From: an uncultured Polyangiaceae bacterium
Lineage (GTDB): Bacteria; Myxococcota_A; Polyangia; Polyangiales; Polyangiaceae
DNA: 14,848 nucleotides
Assembly (NCBI GenBank): GCA_964437785.1
Contig: CAYTJL010000046.1
Coordinates: forward strand, 32,439 to 47,286
Reading direction: 5' to 3'
In this document: positions 4,500-13,706 of the stretch, piece after piece
Layout of the letters: every line of letters starts with the position of its first letter
Numbering within the stretch: the stretch's first letter is position 1
Notes under the pieces: generated by a model
Told to the model about the DNA's origin: nothing
Seen by the model: the letters and a program-made list of their open reading frames with translations, nothing else
Database searches by the model: none
Made by a program: the position numbers and the translations under genes

Positions 4500-4574
4500 G
4501 CGGGGCTCGTTCAACGGGCAGGACAGTAGGCTTTGACCCTATCAATCGCGGTTCGAATCCGCGGCCCCGTGCCA
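4500..4574 (+). tRNA. tRNA-Gln(UUG), canonical cloverleaf, CCA encoded
   Basis: Acceptor GCGGGGC/GCCCCGT with G1.U72. D-arm GTTC-AACGGGCA-GGAC. Anticodon stem GTAGG/CCTAT, loop CTTTGAC, anticodon 4533-4535. T-arm CGCGG-TTCGAAT-CCGCG. G73 followed by CCA. A weak 1:72 pair plus G73 fits bacterial tRNA-Gln. Confidence 0.85.
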
Positions 4575-4732
4575 TCACCCGACCGCGACCGCGACACGGC
4601 TGCCATGCCCGCTCGCGCGCCGCCCGCATAATCAGCCCCAAAACCAGGCCCCAAACGCGCGGCACGAGATATGGAAAGCGTTAGGATGGATGGTAGGATG
4701 ACTTGATTCTTCCGCTTCCTCTTCGCCGCACC

Positions 4733-5632
4733 ATGAAGCCCTCGCCCCGACTCTCCCCTTCGATCCTCATCATCGCCGCGATCACCTTCGCCGCCGTAGG
4801 CTGCGGGAGTTTCCGGATCGTCGCGAACGAAGACAACCCCGATGTCAAAGGGATGCCGGGCGGGACCTCGTCAGGCGTCGGATCGAGCGGCAGCTCCTCG
4901 GGCCAAGGCGGCGCGTCGAGCGGCGGATCAGGGGGCGGATCGGGCGGCAACATCCCCATCGATCAACAAGAGGACCTGCTCCCGATCGACGGGAGCTACA
5001 GCTACCTCTGCGGCGCGCCCACGGACATGTGCGTCCCGGGCCCCGATGACTCGTGCGCGCTCGGCGGCGATCCCCAAATGGGCGCCCCAGACAGCAGCGT
5101 CGTCGGATGCCAGCTCGTCCCCTCCGGCAACGACGTCCACGCGGTGTGCGCAGCGACAGGCACGTTCGGCGTCGAGCAACCGTGCACGACCTCCGCGGAC
5201 TGCCAACCCGGCCTCGGGTGCGTCGAGACCGCCGCCCTCGGCAAGTGCAGGCCCTATTGCTGCGGCGATCTCGAAGCGTGCGCCGCGGACAGCTATTGCG
5301 CGCCCGCCAAGATGAACGGCGAGAGCATCCCGATCCCCACGTGCACGCCCGTGATCCCGTGCGAGCTCTTGAACGACGTGACGTGCCCGACCGGCCTCAC
5401 GTGCGCCATCGTCCGCACCTCGGGCCTCACGAGCTGCGTCAAGCCGGGCGACGGGTACGACGATCAGGCGTGCCCGTGCGCGGCCGGCTACTACTGCCGC
5501 CCCGCGACGAGCACGTGCGTCAAGCTCTGCCACACGGGCCCGGGCTCGGACGACTGCGGCCCGACCGCGGTCTGCCAAGGCGGCGTGAACGGCATGTACC
5601 CGAACGGCTTCGGCACCTGCGTCCCGTACTGA
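4733..5632 (+). CDS. secreted cysteine-rich lipoprotein
   Basis: From ATG 4733 the sequence is MKPSPRLSPSILIIAAITFAAVGC: a positive N-region, a hydrophobic core and a lipobox AVG-C. It is followed by a Gly/Ser linker and a domain of about 200 aa with about 30 Cys. The TTG at 4703 in the ORF track is less likely to be the start. Confidence 0.7.
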   Translation: MKPSPRLSPSILIIAAITFAAVGCGSFRIVANEDNPDVKGMPGGTSSGVGSSGSSSGQGGASSGGSGGGSGGNIPIDQQEDLLPIDGSYSYLCGAPTDMCVPGPDDSCALGGDPQMGAPDSSVVGCQLVPSGNDVHAVCAATGTFGVEQPCTTSADCQPGLGCVETAALGKCRPYCCGDLEACAADSYCAPAKMNGESIPIPTCTPVIPCELLNDVTCPTGLTCAIVRTSGLTSCVKPGDGYDDQACPCAAGYYCRPATSTCVKLCHTGPGSDDCGPTAVCQGGVNGMYPNGFGTCVPY

Positions 5633-5651
5633 AATCAGCGCAAAAACAAGC

Positions 5652-6587
5652 TCAGAACGAGCCCACCGCGAAGGCGCCGACCGACGTCGCGGTCCACGCG
5701 GGCATCACGATCACGCTCGCGGACGCGGGCTTCTTGGTCGCGCGCGCGAGGAGCACCGCGCCCGTCACCACGCCCGCGATCCCGAGGCCGCCGAGCACCG
5801 CGCCGCTCGCGCGGAGCGCGTTGATCGACGTCACCTCGCTCGTCACGTGATCGCGCTGATCCGCCGGGCACGAAGGCCGGGTCGGGCCCCCGCACAGATC
5901 ATCGAGCTTGCCGCCTTTGACGTACGAGAGCGCGAGCAACGTCGCGCCCGTGATGAGCGCCGCGCCCGACACCCCCGTGATCACCGCGCCCGGCACCACG
6001 AGCTGCGCGCCGCTCCCCGCCCCGCCCGCCGCGGGCGCGAGCGCGAGCGCGAGGCTGCGTTTGTCCTTCTCTTCGAGCGTGAACGGGAGGTCCTGCGGCG
6101 CGAGCCCAGGCGCCTCCGCGTGCAGCGTGTGCGCCCCCGGATCGAGCGGGATGCCCGCGTTGAGCCACACCTGCTTGCCGTCGATGGTGATCGTCAACCC
6201 AGGCCGCTCGTCGCCCTTCACCGTGACGATCGGGATGCGCGGCGAGAGCCCGGCGATGAGCTCCTCGGCGACCTTCGCGACCTCTTTTTGCGACGACGCG
6301 TTGGCCCGCGCGAGGCCGCGCTCGTACGACGCCTTCGCCGCCACGAGCTTGCCGAGCTTCTCGTGCGCAGCGCCCGCGCGGAGATGGAGCTGCGGCGTCT
6401 CCTTGATGGCGAGCGCGGCCTCGAACTTGGCGAGCGCCGTCGCGTAGTCCCCCTTCTTCTCGGCGTCCTCGCCCTCTTTGAACGCCTGCTTCGCGGCCGC
6501 GATCTCGTTGGGGGTCTGCGCGGTCGCAACGCTGCTCGATACGACGATCGCGAGCGCCGCCGCGCACAGGAACGTGGTGCGCTGCAT
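5652..6587 (-). CDS. exported TPR-like / membrane-anchored protein
   Basis: N-terminal signal peptide MQRTTFLCAAALAIVVSSSVATA-Q. One or two TPR-like helical pairs (KKGDYATALAKFEAAL, LVAAKASYERGL). Gly/Ala-rich hydrophobic segments near the C-terminus. Divergent from the kinase gene. Confidence 0.6.
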   Translation of the reverse strand: MQRTTFLCAAALAIVVSSSVATAQTPNEIAAAKQAFKEGEDAEKKGDYATALAKFEAALAIKETPQLHLRAGAAHEKLGKLVAAKASYERGLARANASSQKEVAKVAEELIAGLSPRIPIVTVKGDERPGLTITIDGKQVWLNAGIPLDPGAHTLHAEAPGLAPQDLPFTLEEKDKRSLALALAPAAGGAGSGAQLVVPGAVITGVSGAALITGATLLALSYVKGGKLDDLCGGPTRPSCPADQRDHVTSEVTSINALRASGAVLGGLGIAGVVTGAVLLARATKKPASASVIVMPAWTATSVGAFAVGSF

Positions 6588-6678
6588 TAGGGGCCGAGGA
6601 TGATAGCGGATCTCGGGGCGCGCTTCGCCAGGTTGCTTGACCCGAGCAGGGGCGAGCCTTCACGATGGACCGGCCCTG

Positions 6679-8856
6679 ATGAAATCCGGCGAGGTCATTG
6701 CTGGCAAATACCGGCTCGACAAGAGGCTCGGTGTCGGGGGCATGGGCGAGGTCTGGCGCGCCGCGCACACCGGCACGGAGCGGGCCTACGCCATCAAGTT
6801 CTTGCACGCGCACGCCGCCGAGTCCGCGAGCGCGCGGCACCGCTTCACGCGGGAAGCAAAGGCCTCGGCGAAGATCAACCACGCGAACATCATCGACATC
6901 TTCGACGTCGGCGAGCTCCCCGAGGGCACCCTCTACCTCGCGATGGAGCTGCTCGAAGGCGTGTCGCTCGCGGACGCGTTCCACGCCTCACCGCCGCTCA
7001 GCGTTCAAGATTTGCTCGTCGCCATGCGCGACACCGCCGAGGGGCTCGCCGCCGCGCACGCGGTCGGCATCGTCCACCGCGACGTCAAGCCGGCGAACAT
7101 CTTCCTCCACAAAGACCGCGCGACGGGCTTCGTCGCCGTCAAGCTGCTCGACTTCGGGATCAGTAAATTCGGCGACGAGACGGGCTCCACCAAGGCGGGC
7201 TCGGTGCTCGGCTCGCCCCGGTACATGAGCCCCGAGCAGACACGCCACGCCTCCAAGGTCGACGCGCGCACCGATCTCTGGGCCGCGGGCGTGATCTTGT
7301 TCGAAGGCCTCACGGGCACCTTCCCGCACGAGGGCGACAGCTTCAGCTCGCTCGTGGTCGCGATCATCACGCAGGAGCCCATCTCGATCGATCAGCTCGC
7401 GCCGGGGTTGCCCGAGCCCGTCCGCGCGATCGTGCGCGACCTCATAAAGCCGATCGACGAGCGCATCCAGACCGCGACCGAGCTCGTCGCGCGCATCAAC
7501 CAAGCGCTCACCGATCCAGCGATCGCGCGCATCCCGCTCCCTCGCCCGCTGCACCCGCCCGCGGGCGAGAGCGTGCGCACCGCGACCGGCCTCCGCATGA
7601 GGCCGCTCGGCGATCCGGGCAGCACAGGCGCGATCCGCGTCTCGCAGCCGCTCGTCGATCCAGGGAGCACAGGCGCGATCCGCGCCGCGCAACCCGGCCT
7701 GCCCGCGCCGAGCGCGACGCAAAACAGCGCTCCTCAGCCCGCGTCACGCATGTCATCGCCGGGCTTCAACGCCGCGTCCGCCGACCAGCCGCGCGCGCCC
7801 ACCTTCGGCGCTCCGCCCGCCGCGCCTACGTTCGGCGCGCCTCCGGCCGCTCCGTCGTTCGGCGCACCACCGCAACCCGGCGCGCCGATCAACCCCTACG
7901 GCGCCACGCACAAAGTCCAGAACCCGGTCGAGCTGCTCCGCGAAGCGCAGGCGATCGCCTCAAAATCAAGCCAAGCGGCGCCATCTCCGCCGCCGCCCGC
8001 GCAGGCTTCGCAGACCGAGCGGCCCGCGGCCCCGGCGATCGAATCACCGCCCGCGCCGCCGCCTCCGCCGCCGCGGCCGCCGTCCTCGTCGCTCCCCGAC
8101 GAGGCGACCGCGATCGTCGCCGACCCGAGGATGCAAGGCGATTCGCGCGCGTCCATCCCCACCGACATGCGCGCGTCGAGCGTGGGCTTCGGCGCTCCCT
8201 CGGCGACCGGATCGTTCCGCGCGACGAACAAGACGCTGCCGATCAGCGCGACCGCGCACCTCCAAGCCGAGCTCGCCAAGGCGCGCGAGGAGTTCGAACG
8301 ACAACAGTTCACCAGCGCGCCGACGACGCCGGCCTTCGATCCGCGCATCTCGCAGTCGGCCGCGCGCGTGTCCATGCCCGACCCGCTCGTCGGGACGGCG
8401 TCGGCGATGAGCCTTCCTTCGCCCACGGATCCCCGCGCGCAGGCCCCGAACGCGGTGGCGCCGATGGGCGCGCCGGCCGCGATCCCGCCTCACGACGCCG
8501 CGCCTCCGGGCACGGGATCGGCGCTCAAGATCGCGGCCCTCGTGCTCTCCGTCGTGCTCATCGGGATCGTGATCGCGATCATCGCGACGCTCCGATCGTC
8601 GAGCGGCGACGAGCGCGCGCCCGCGGCGTCCGCGTCGGCCACGCCCGTGTCGAGCGCGCCCGCGCCCGCTCCGTCGCCGACCGAGAGCGCTCCGCCCGCG
8701 CCGACGGCGAAGGCCGAAGAGCCCTCGCCGGCCGCGAGCGCGAACGCGCCCGCGCCGTCCGGGACCTCGACCTCCGCGCCCACCAAGACCAAGGCCGAGA
8801 AGGGCAAGGCGGGCTCTCCGTCGTCCAAGGTAAAGAAGCTCGGTTCGGGGTTGTGA
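6679..8856 (+). CDS. Hanks-type Ser/Thr protein kinase with Pro-rich linker and one TM helix
   Basis: G-loop LGVGGMGEVW, YAIKFL, catalytic loop HRDVKPANIF, DFGISK, GSPRYMSPEQ. These are followed by about 350 aa of Pro/Ala/Ser-rich sequence, the TM helix ALKIAALVLSVVLIGIVIAIIATL and a PAS-rich tail. ATG 6679 is preferred over TTG 6637. Confidence 0.9.
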   Translation: MKSGEVIAGKYRLDKRLGVGGMGEVWRAAHTGTERAYAIKFLHAHAAESASARHRFTREAKASAKINHANIIDIFDVGELPEGTLYLAMELLEGVSLADAFHASPPLSVQDLLVAMRDTAEGLAAAHAVGIVHRDVKPANIFLHKDRATGFVAVKLLDFGISKFGDETGSTKAGSVLGSPRYMSPEQTRHASKVDARTDLWAAGVILFEGLTGTFPHEGDSFSSLVVAIITQEPISIDQLAPGLPEPVRAIVRDLIKPIDERIQTATELVARINQALTDPAIARIPLPRPLHPPAGESVRTATGLRMRPLGDPGSTGAIRVSQPLVDPGSTGAIRAAQPGLPAPSATQNSAPQPASRMSSPGFNAASADQPRAPTFGAPPAAPTFGAPPAAPSFGAPPQPGAPINPYGATHKVQNPVELLREAQAIASKSSQAAPSPPPPAQASQTERPAAPAIESPPAPPPPPPRPPSSSLPDEATAIVADPRMQGDSRASIPTDMRASSVGFGAPSATGSFRATNKTLPISATAHLQAELAKAREEFERQQFTSAPTTPAFDPRISQSAARVSMPDPLVGTASAMSLPSPTDPRAQAPNAVAPMGAPAAIPPHDAAPPGTGSALKIAALVLSVVLIGIVIAIIATLRSSSGDERAPAASASATPVSSAPAPAPSPTESAPPAPTAKAEEPSPAASANAPAPSGTSTSAPTKTKAEKGKAGSPSSKVKKLGSGL
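7603..7684 (+). repeat. 45-nt tandem coding repeat (two copies) inside the kinase linker
   Basis: CCGCTCGGCGATCCGGGCAGCACAGGCGCGATCCGCG (7603-7639) versus CCGCTCGTCGATCCAGGGAGCACAGGCGCGATCCGCG (7648-7684). They encode PLGDPGSTGAIR and PLVDPGSTGAIR. Confidence 0.85.
7795..7872 (+). repeat. three roughly 24-nt tandem coding repeats (APTFGAPPA) inside the kinase linker
   Basis: The translation reads APTFGAPPA-APTFGAPPA-APSFGAPP. The DNA copies have diverged at synonymous positions. Confidence 0.8.
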
Positions 8857-8886
8857 CGGCCATGCGCCGCTGGTAGGCCCGCGGCC

Positions 8887-9669
8887 ATGACTGCCTTCGA
8901 GCTCATCTCCGTCGAGCGATCGGGCGCGATCGCGACGGTCACCGTGCAGCGCCCCGACAAGCTCAACGCCCTCAACAGCCGCGTGATCGCGGAGCTCTCG
9001 CGCGCGTTCGGCGACCTCGTCGCGAGCGGCGACGTCCGCGCCGCGATCCTCACCGGCGCGGGCCGCGCGTTCGTCGCGGGCGCCGACATCGCCGAGATGG
9101 CCGAGCTCCCGACGGCCGAGGCCAAGCGCTTCTCGGACGCGGGGCACGCGCTCTGCGCGCTCATCGAGTCCGCGCCGTTCCCCGTGATCGCCGCGGTCAA
9201 CGGCTTCGCGCTCGGCGGCGGCTGCGAGATCGCGCTCGCGTGCGACTTCATCTACGCCGCCGACAACGCGAAGCTCGGGCAGCCCGAGGTGAGCCTCGGC
9301 GTCATCCCCGGCTTCGGCGGCACGCAGCGGCTCCTTCGACGGGTGGGCGCGGCGCGCGCGCGCGAGCTCATCTACACGGGCGACACGATCACCGCCGATC
9401 AAGCCCTCGCGATGGGCCTCGTCAACGCGGTGCTCCCCGCCGCCGAGCTGCTCGATCGCGTCCGCGCGGTCGCCGAGAAGATCGCGCAGAAGGGCCCGAT
9501 CGCGATCGCGTACGGCAAGCGCGTGATGCTCCGCGGCGAGCCGCTCGACATGCCCGCCGCGTGCGAGCTCGAAGCGCAGGCGTTCGCGTCGCTCTTCGGG
9601 ACCGAGGATCAACGCGAGGGGATGCGCGCGTTCCTCAGCAAGAATAAGCCTGCTTTCAAGGGCAAATGA
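8887..9669 (+). CDS. enoyl-CoA hydratase/isomerase (crotonase family)
   Basis: LTGAGRAFVAGADIAEM, AAVNGFALGGGCEIALACDF, QPEVSLGVIPGFGGTQRL and EGMRAFLSKNKPAF form the typical crotonase-fold signature, at the typical length of 260 aa. Confidence 0.9.
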   Translation: MTAFELISVERSGAIATVTVQRPDKLNALNSRVIAELSRAFGDLVASGDVRAAILTGAGRAFVAGADIAEMAELPTAEAKRFSDAGHALCALIESAPFPVIAAVNGFALGGGCEIALACDFIYAADNAKLGQPEVSLGVIPGFGGTQRLLRRVGAARARELIYTGDTITADQALAMGLVNAVLPAAELLDRVRAVAEKIAQKGPIAIAYGKRVMLRGEPLDMPAACELEAQAFASLFGTEDQREGMRAFLSKNKPAFKGK

Positions 9670-9672
9670 GGA

Positions 9673-10912
<1,240 letters not shown>

Positions 10913-10923
<11 letters not shown>

Positions 10924-12991
10924 CCTTCTCCACGGGCTTCATCGAGGGCGACTCACCATCGCGAAAATCCGTCACCCCAGGCGGGGGCTCGGGGCCGGCG
11001 CTCGATCGATCGAGATCCAGGATCTTAGCGGCTCCCACGTACGTCTTGGTCTCGTATCGCGTCATCTTACCGATTTTGCGGACGATGTCGGCCATTCGTT
11101 CGGCTTCTTGAAGGATGATCCCGGCCGCGTTGTAAAAGGGCGTGCCCTCACCCCCGCCCCGGCGGCGGATCATCTCGGCGTACCCGAGGATGCTGGTGAG
11201 CGGCTGGTTCAGCTCGTGCGCAGCCGCCCCGGCCAGCTCGGCGATCAAGGCTTGTCGCTCGCGGGTTCGGAGCTCCTCCTGCGCCTCGGCGAGCTTCGCC
11301 TCCATGCGCATCCGATCGCGCAAATCGGTGAAGATGCCCACGGTCGCGACCGGGCGGCCGCTCTCCAAAATCTGCGCCGCCGACAAGAGCACGGGGATCT
11401 TTTCGCCGCCCTTGCCGACGACGTCGGTGCGGTAGCCCTCCAGGCGCTTGCCCTCCTTGCGCCGGATGAGCCGCATGATCTCGGTCGCGACGCCGGGCGG
11501 GTAGAGATCGCGCGCGTTCATGATGCCCACCGCGCTCCTCGCGTCGTAGCCCGTGACGCGCTCGGCCGCGCGGTTGAAGAGCAACACCTGGCCGCGCATG
11601 TCCGCGGAGATGATCGCGTCGACCGAGCTCTCGATCACGCGCTCCAAGAACTCCTTGGTCTTCACGAGCTCGGCCGCGGTCTCGCGGTCCGCGGTCACGT
11701 CGCGAAAGCTCACGAGGATGGCGCCCGAGTCCTCGCGCAGCACGCGTCCGAAGCTCACGCTGAGCACGCGCCGCGCGCTCGGATCGCGCCCGTCGCGGAC
11801 CTTGATGTCGACGAGGTGAGGGAATTCTCCGCGCCGAAAACCCTCGCGGATCTCCTCCAGCCGGCCTCGATCGGCGGGGTCGACGAGGTCGCGGAGCGTG
11901 AGCTTGCCGAGCTGCTCCTCGGTGCGCCCGACGATCGCCCGCGCGCGCGGGTTCGAGAAGAGCACCTGCCCCTCGACGTCGACGACCGCGATGCCGTCCG
12001 CGGCCGCGTGAAAGAAGTCCGCGTACGGCTCGATCGCCTTGAGCCTGCGCTCGGCCTCGACGCGCGCGAAGCTCTGCTGCTGCGTCTGATCGCGCATCGT
12101 CTGGAGGATGCGCGCGTTGCGGAGCGCGATGGCCGTCGCGTTCGCGACCGTGCGCGCGAGCGACAGCTCGTGCTCGCGCAGCGCCATCGGCTGCCGCCCG
12201 CGCAGGAAGAGCACGCCCATCGGCCGCTCCTCGTAGAGGATCGGCAGGAGCGCGAGCGATCGAAACGCGTTCTTGGGCAGGCCCTCGCGCACGATGTCGA
12301 AGAGCGGGTGCGTCGCGGTGTCCTGGATGACGAGCGGCTGCCCCGTCACCACGACCTCACGGATCTCAGGGTATTTGTCGAGGTCGATGGGCAGGTCGCG
12401 CAGATCGCGATCGTCGCTCGCGGCGACGACGTAGCCCGTCGAGTCGCCGTCGCGCACGAGCACGATGCTGCACCGATCGACGCGCGCCACCTCGGCGATG
12501 CGGCGCACGACGGTGAACAAGATGTTGCGAAAATCGAGCGTGGACGAGAGCGCCTGCGTCAGCTCGAGCACCACGCGCGCGTCGCGCTCGCGCCGCCCGA
12601 GCGCCTCGACGTACTCGCGCATGCGGAGCTGGCCGCGGATGCGCGCGATGAGCTCGGTCGGGCGGAAGGGCTTGCGGATGAAATCGTCCGCGCCCATCTC
12701 GAACGCCTTCGCGACGTCCTCGTCCGAGTCGAGCGCGGTGAGGACGAGCACCGGCACGTCGGAGAGCCTCGGATCCGCGCGCATCGATCGGAGCACGGTG
12801 AAGCCGTCCGGCGGGGGCATCACGAGATCGAGCAGCACCAGGGCGGGCACCGCGCGCGAGAGCCACGCGAGCGCTTCGCTCCCGCCGCTCGCGATGACGG
12901 TCGTGATGCCCGCGCGGCAGAGCGCCTGCGTCAACACATGGCGGCTGACCGCGTCGTCGTCGACCACCAGGACGGGGGCCTCGTTGGGCAC
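10913..12991 (-). CDS. response-regulator receiver / GAF / PAS-PAS / DHp protein lacking an ATPase domain
   Basis: REC motifs: VLVVDDD, LVLLDLVMPPPDG, VLVLTA, IRKPF. GAF-like middle region. Two PAS-like segments (ADGIAVVDVEGQVLFSN, VDAIISADMRGQVLLFN). H-box AAAHELNQPLTSILGYAEMI. No N, G1 or G2 boxes are seen in the last 100 aa or so. GTG start at 12989-12991. Confidence 0.85.
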
Positions 12992-13061
12992 GAGGTCAGC
13001 TTATCCGGTGACGGGCGCCGCAGATAGATCGAGCGCCCGCGCTCGTGTACTCTCGGCGCGC

Positions 13062-13706
13062 GTGGAGAACGAGCTCGAACAGTCTATCGGCGTCTTCGGC
13101 GAAGAGATGCTGCTTTGGATGTGCGTGCTGCGGCAATCGCCCCGCAGGCCGCCCGCGGATCACGTCATGCGCCAGGCGAACCTCCTGCTCGACGAGCTGA
13201 AGGCATCGAAGCTCGCGCAGGAGCTGCCGGTGCAGTCGGTCGACGACGGCATGTTCGCGATCGCGGCGCTGCTCGACGAGTGGGCGATGGCCCTGCCCGA
13301 TCTGCGCCCGCACTGGGCGAACTACCCGCTGCAAGCGACGCGCTGGCTCACCAACAACGCGGGCGTCGAGGTCTTTCAGCGGCTCGAGCGCGTGCGCGGC
13401 GGCCCGAAGACGATCCTCGCCACGTACATGGTGATCTTGGGCATGGGGTTCCAAGGCAAGTTCGCGCTGCCGGGCGTCGACAAGTACCACTTGGTCCAAG
13501 CGCGCAAGGACCTCGGCCTCCAGCTCGGCCTCGATCCCGATCGCGATTGGAAGGCCGGCGTGCTGCGCGCGGTGCGCATCGACCCCGAGGCCGCGCCCAA
13601 GGAGCCCTTCCACAAAACGGTCTTGTTCGGCCGGATTTTGGCGATTTTCTGTGCGGTCTCGGCGGTGATCACCTTGGCCATCATCCTTTACTCGAACCTC
13701 GCATGA
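13062..13706 (+). CDS. DotU/TssL-family protein (type VI/IVB secretion membrane anchor-like)
   Basis: FAIAALLDEWAMAL...W, GVEVFQRLERVR, ILATYMVILGMGFQGKF and a single C-terminal TM helix (ILAIFCAVSAVITLAIILY) match the DotU/TssL pattern. The start is GTG 13062 or ATG 13107. The upstream part of track ORF 12465-13706 is antisense to the REC gene and not coding. Confidence 0.7.
   Translation: MENELEQSIGVFGEEMLLWMCVLRQSPRRPPADHVMRQANLLLDELKASKLAQELPVQSVDDGMFAIAALLDEWAMALPDLRPHWANYPLQATRWLTNNAGVEVFQRLERVRGGPKTILATYMVILGMGFQGKFALPGVDKYHLVQARKDLGLQLGLDPDRDWKAGVLRAVRIDPEAAPKEPFHKTVLFGRILAIFCAVSAVITLAIILYSNLA

Noticed and set aside
2441-4684. Track ORFs crossing the tRNA region (for example 2722-3129, 2810-3151, 3210-3767, 3454-4017, 4192-4665, 4265-4684)
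   Set aside because: They run through or antisense to well-folding tRNA genes or the HNH gene. They have no start context and low-complexity translations, and are better explained as chance open frames in GC-rich DNA.
5899-6984. 361-aa minus-strand ORF spanning the TPR gene and the kinase start; also 5847-6590 (+) and 6218-6529 (-)
   Set aside because: The translations are extremely Arg/Ala/Gly-rich. The ORF overlaps two ORFs that have a recognisable signal peptide and kinase motifs, so it is a GC artefact.
8044-9612. 522-aa minus-strand ORF antisense to the kinase tail and the enoyl-CoA hydratase gene; also 8490-9251 (-)
   Set aside because: There are no motifs, only Arg/Gly/Asp-rich low complexity. 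The plus-strand genes carry unambiguous family signatures.
13115-13702. N-terminal 196 aa of the 577-aa track ORF (13115-14848), and the 12465-13061 part of ORF 12465-13706
   Set aside because: The first overlaps the DotU-like frame and is Arg/Ala/Pro-rich. The IcmF-like protein sequence begins at ATG 13703 with an ATGA overlap. The second is antisense to the REC gene. A start at GTG 13062 or ATG 13107 fits the divergent intergenic region.
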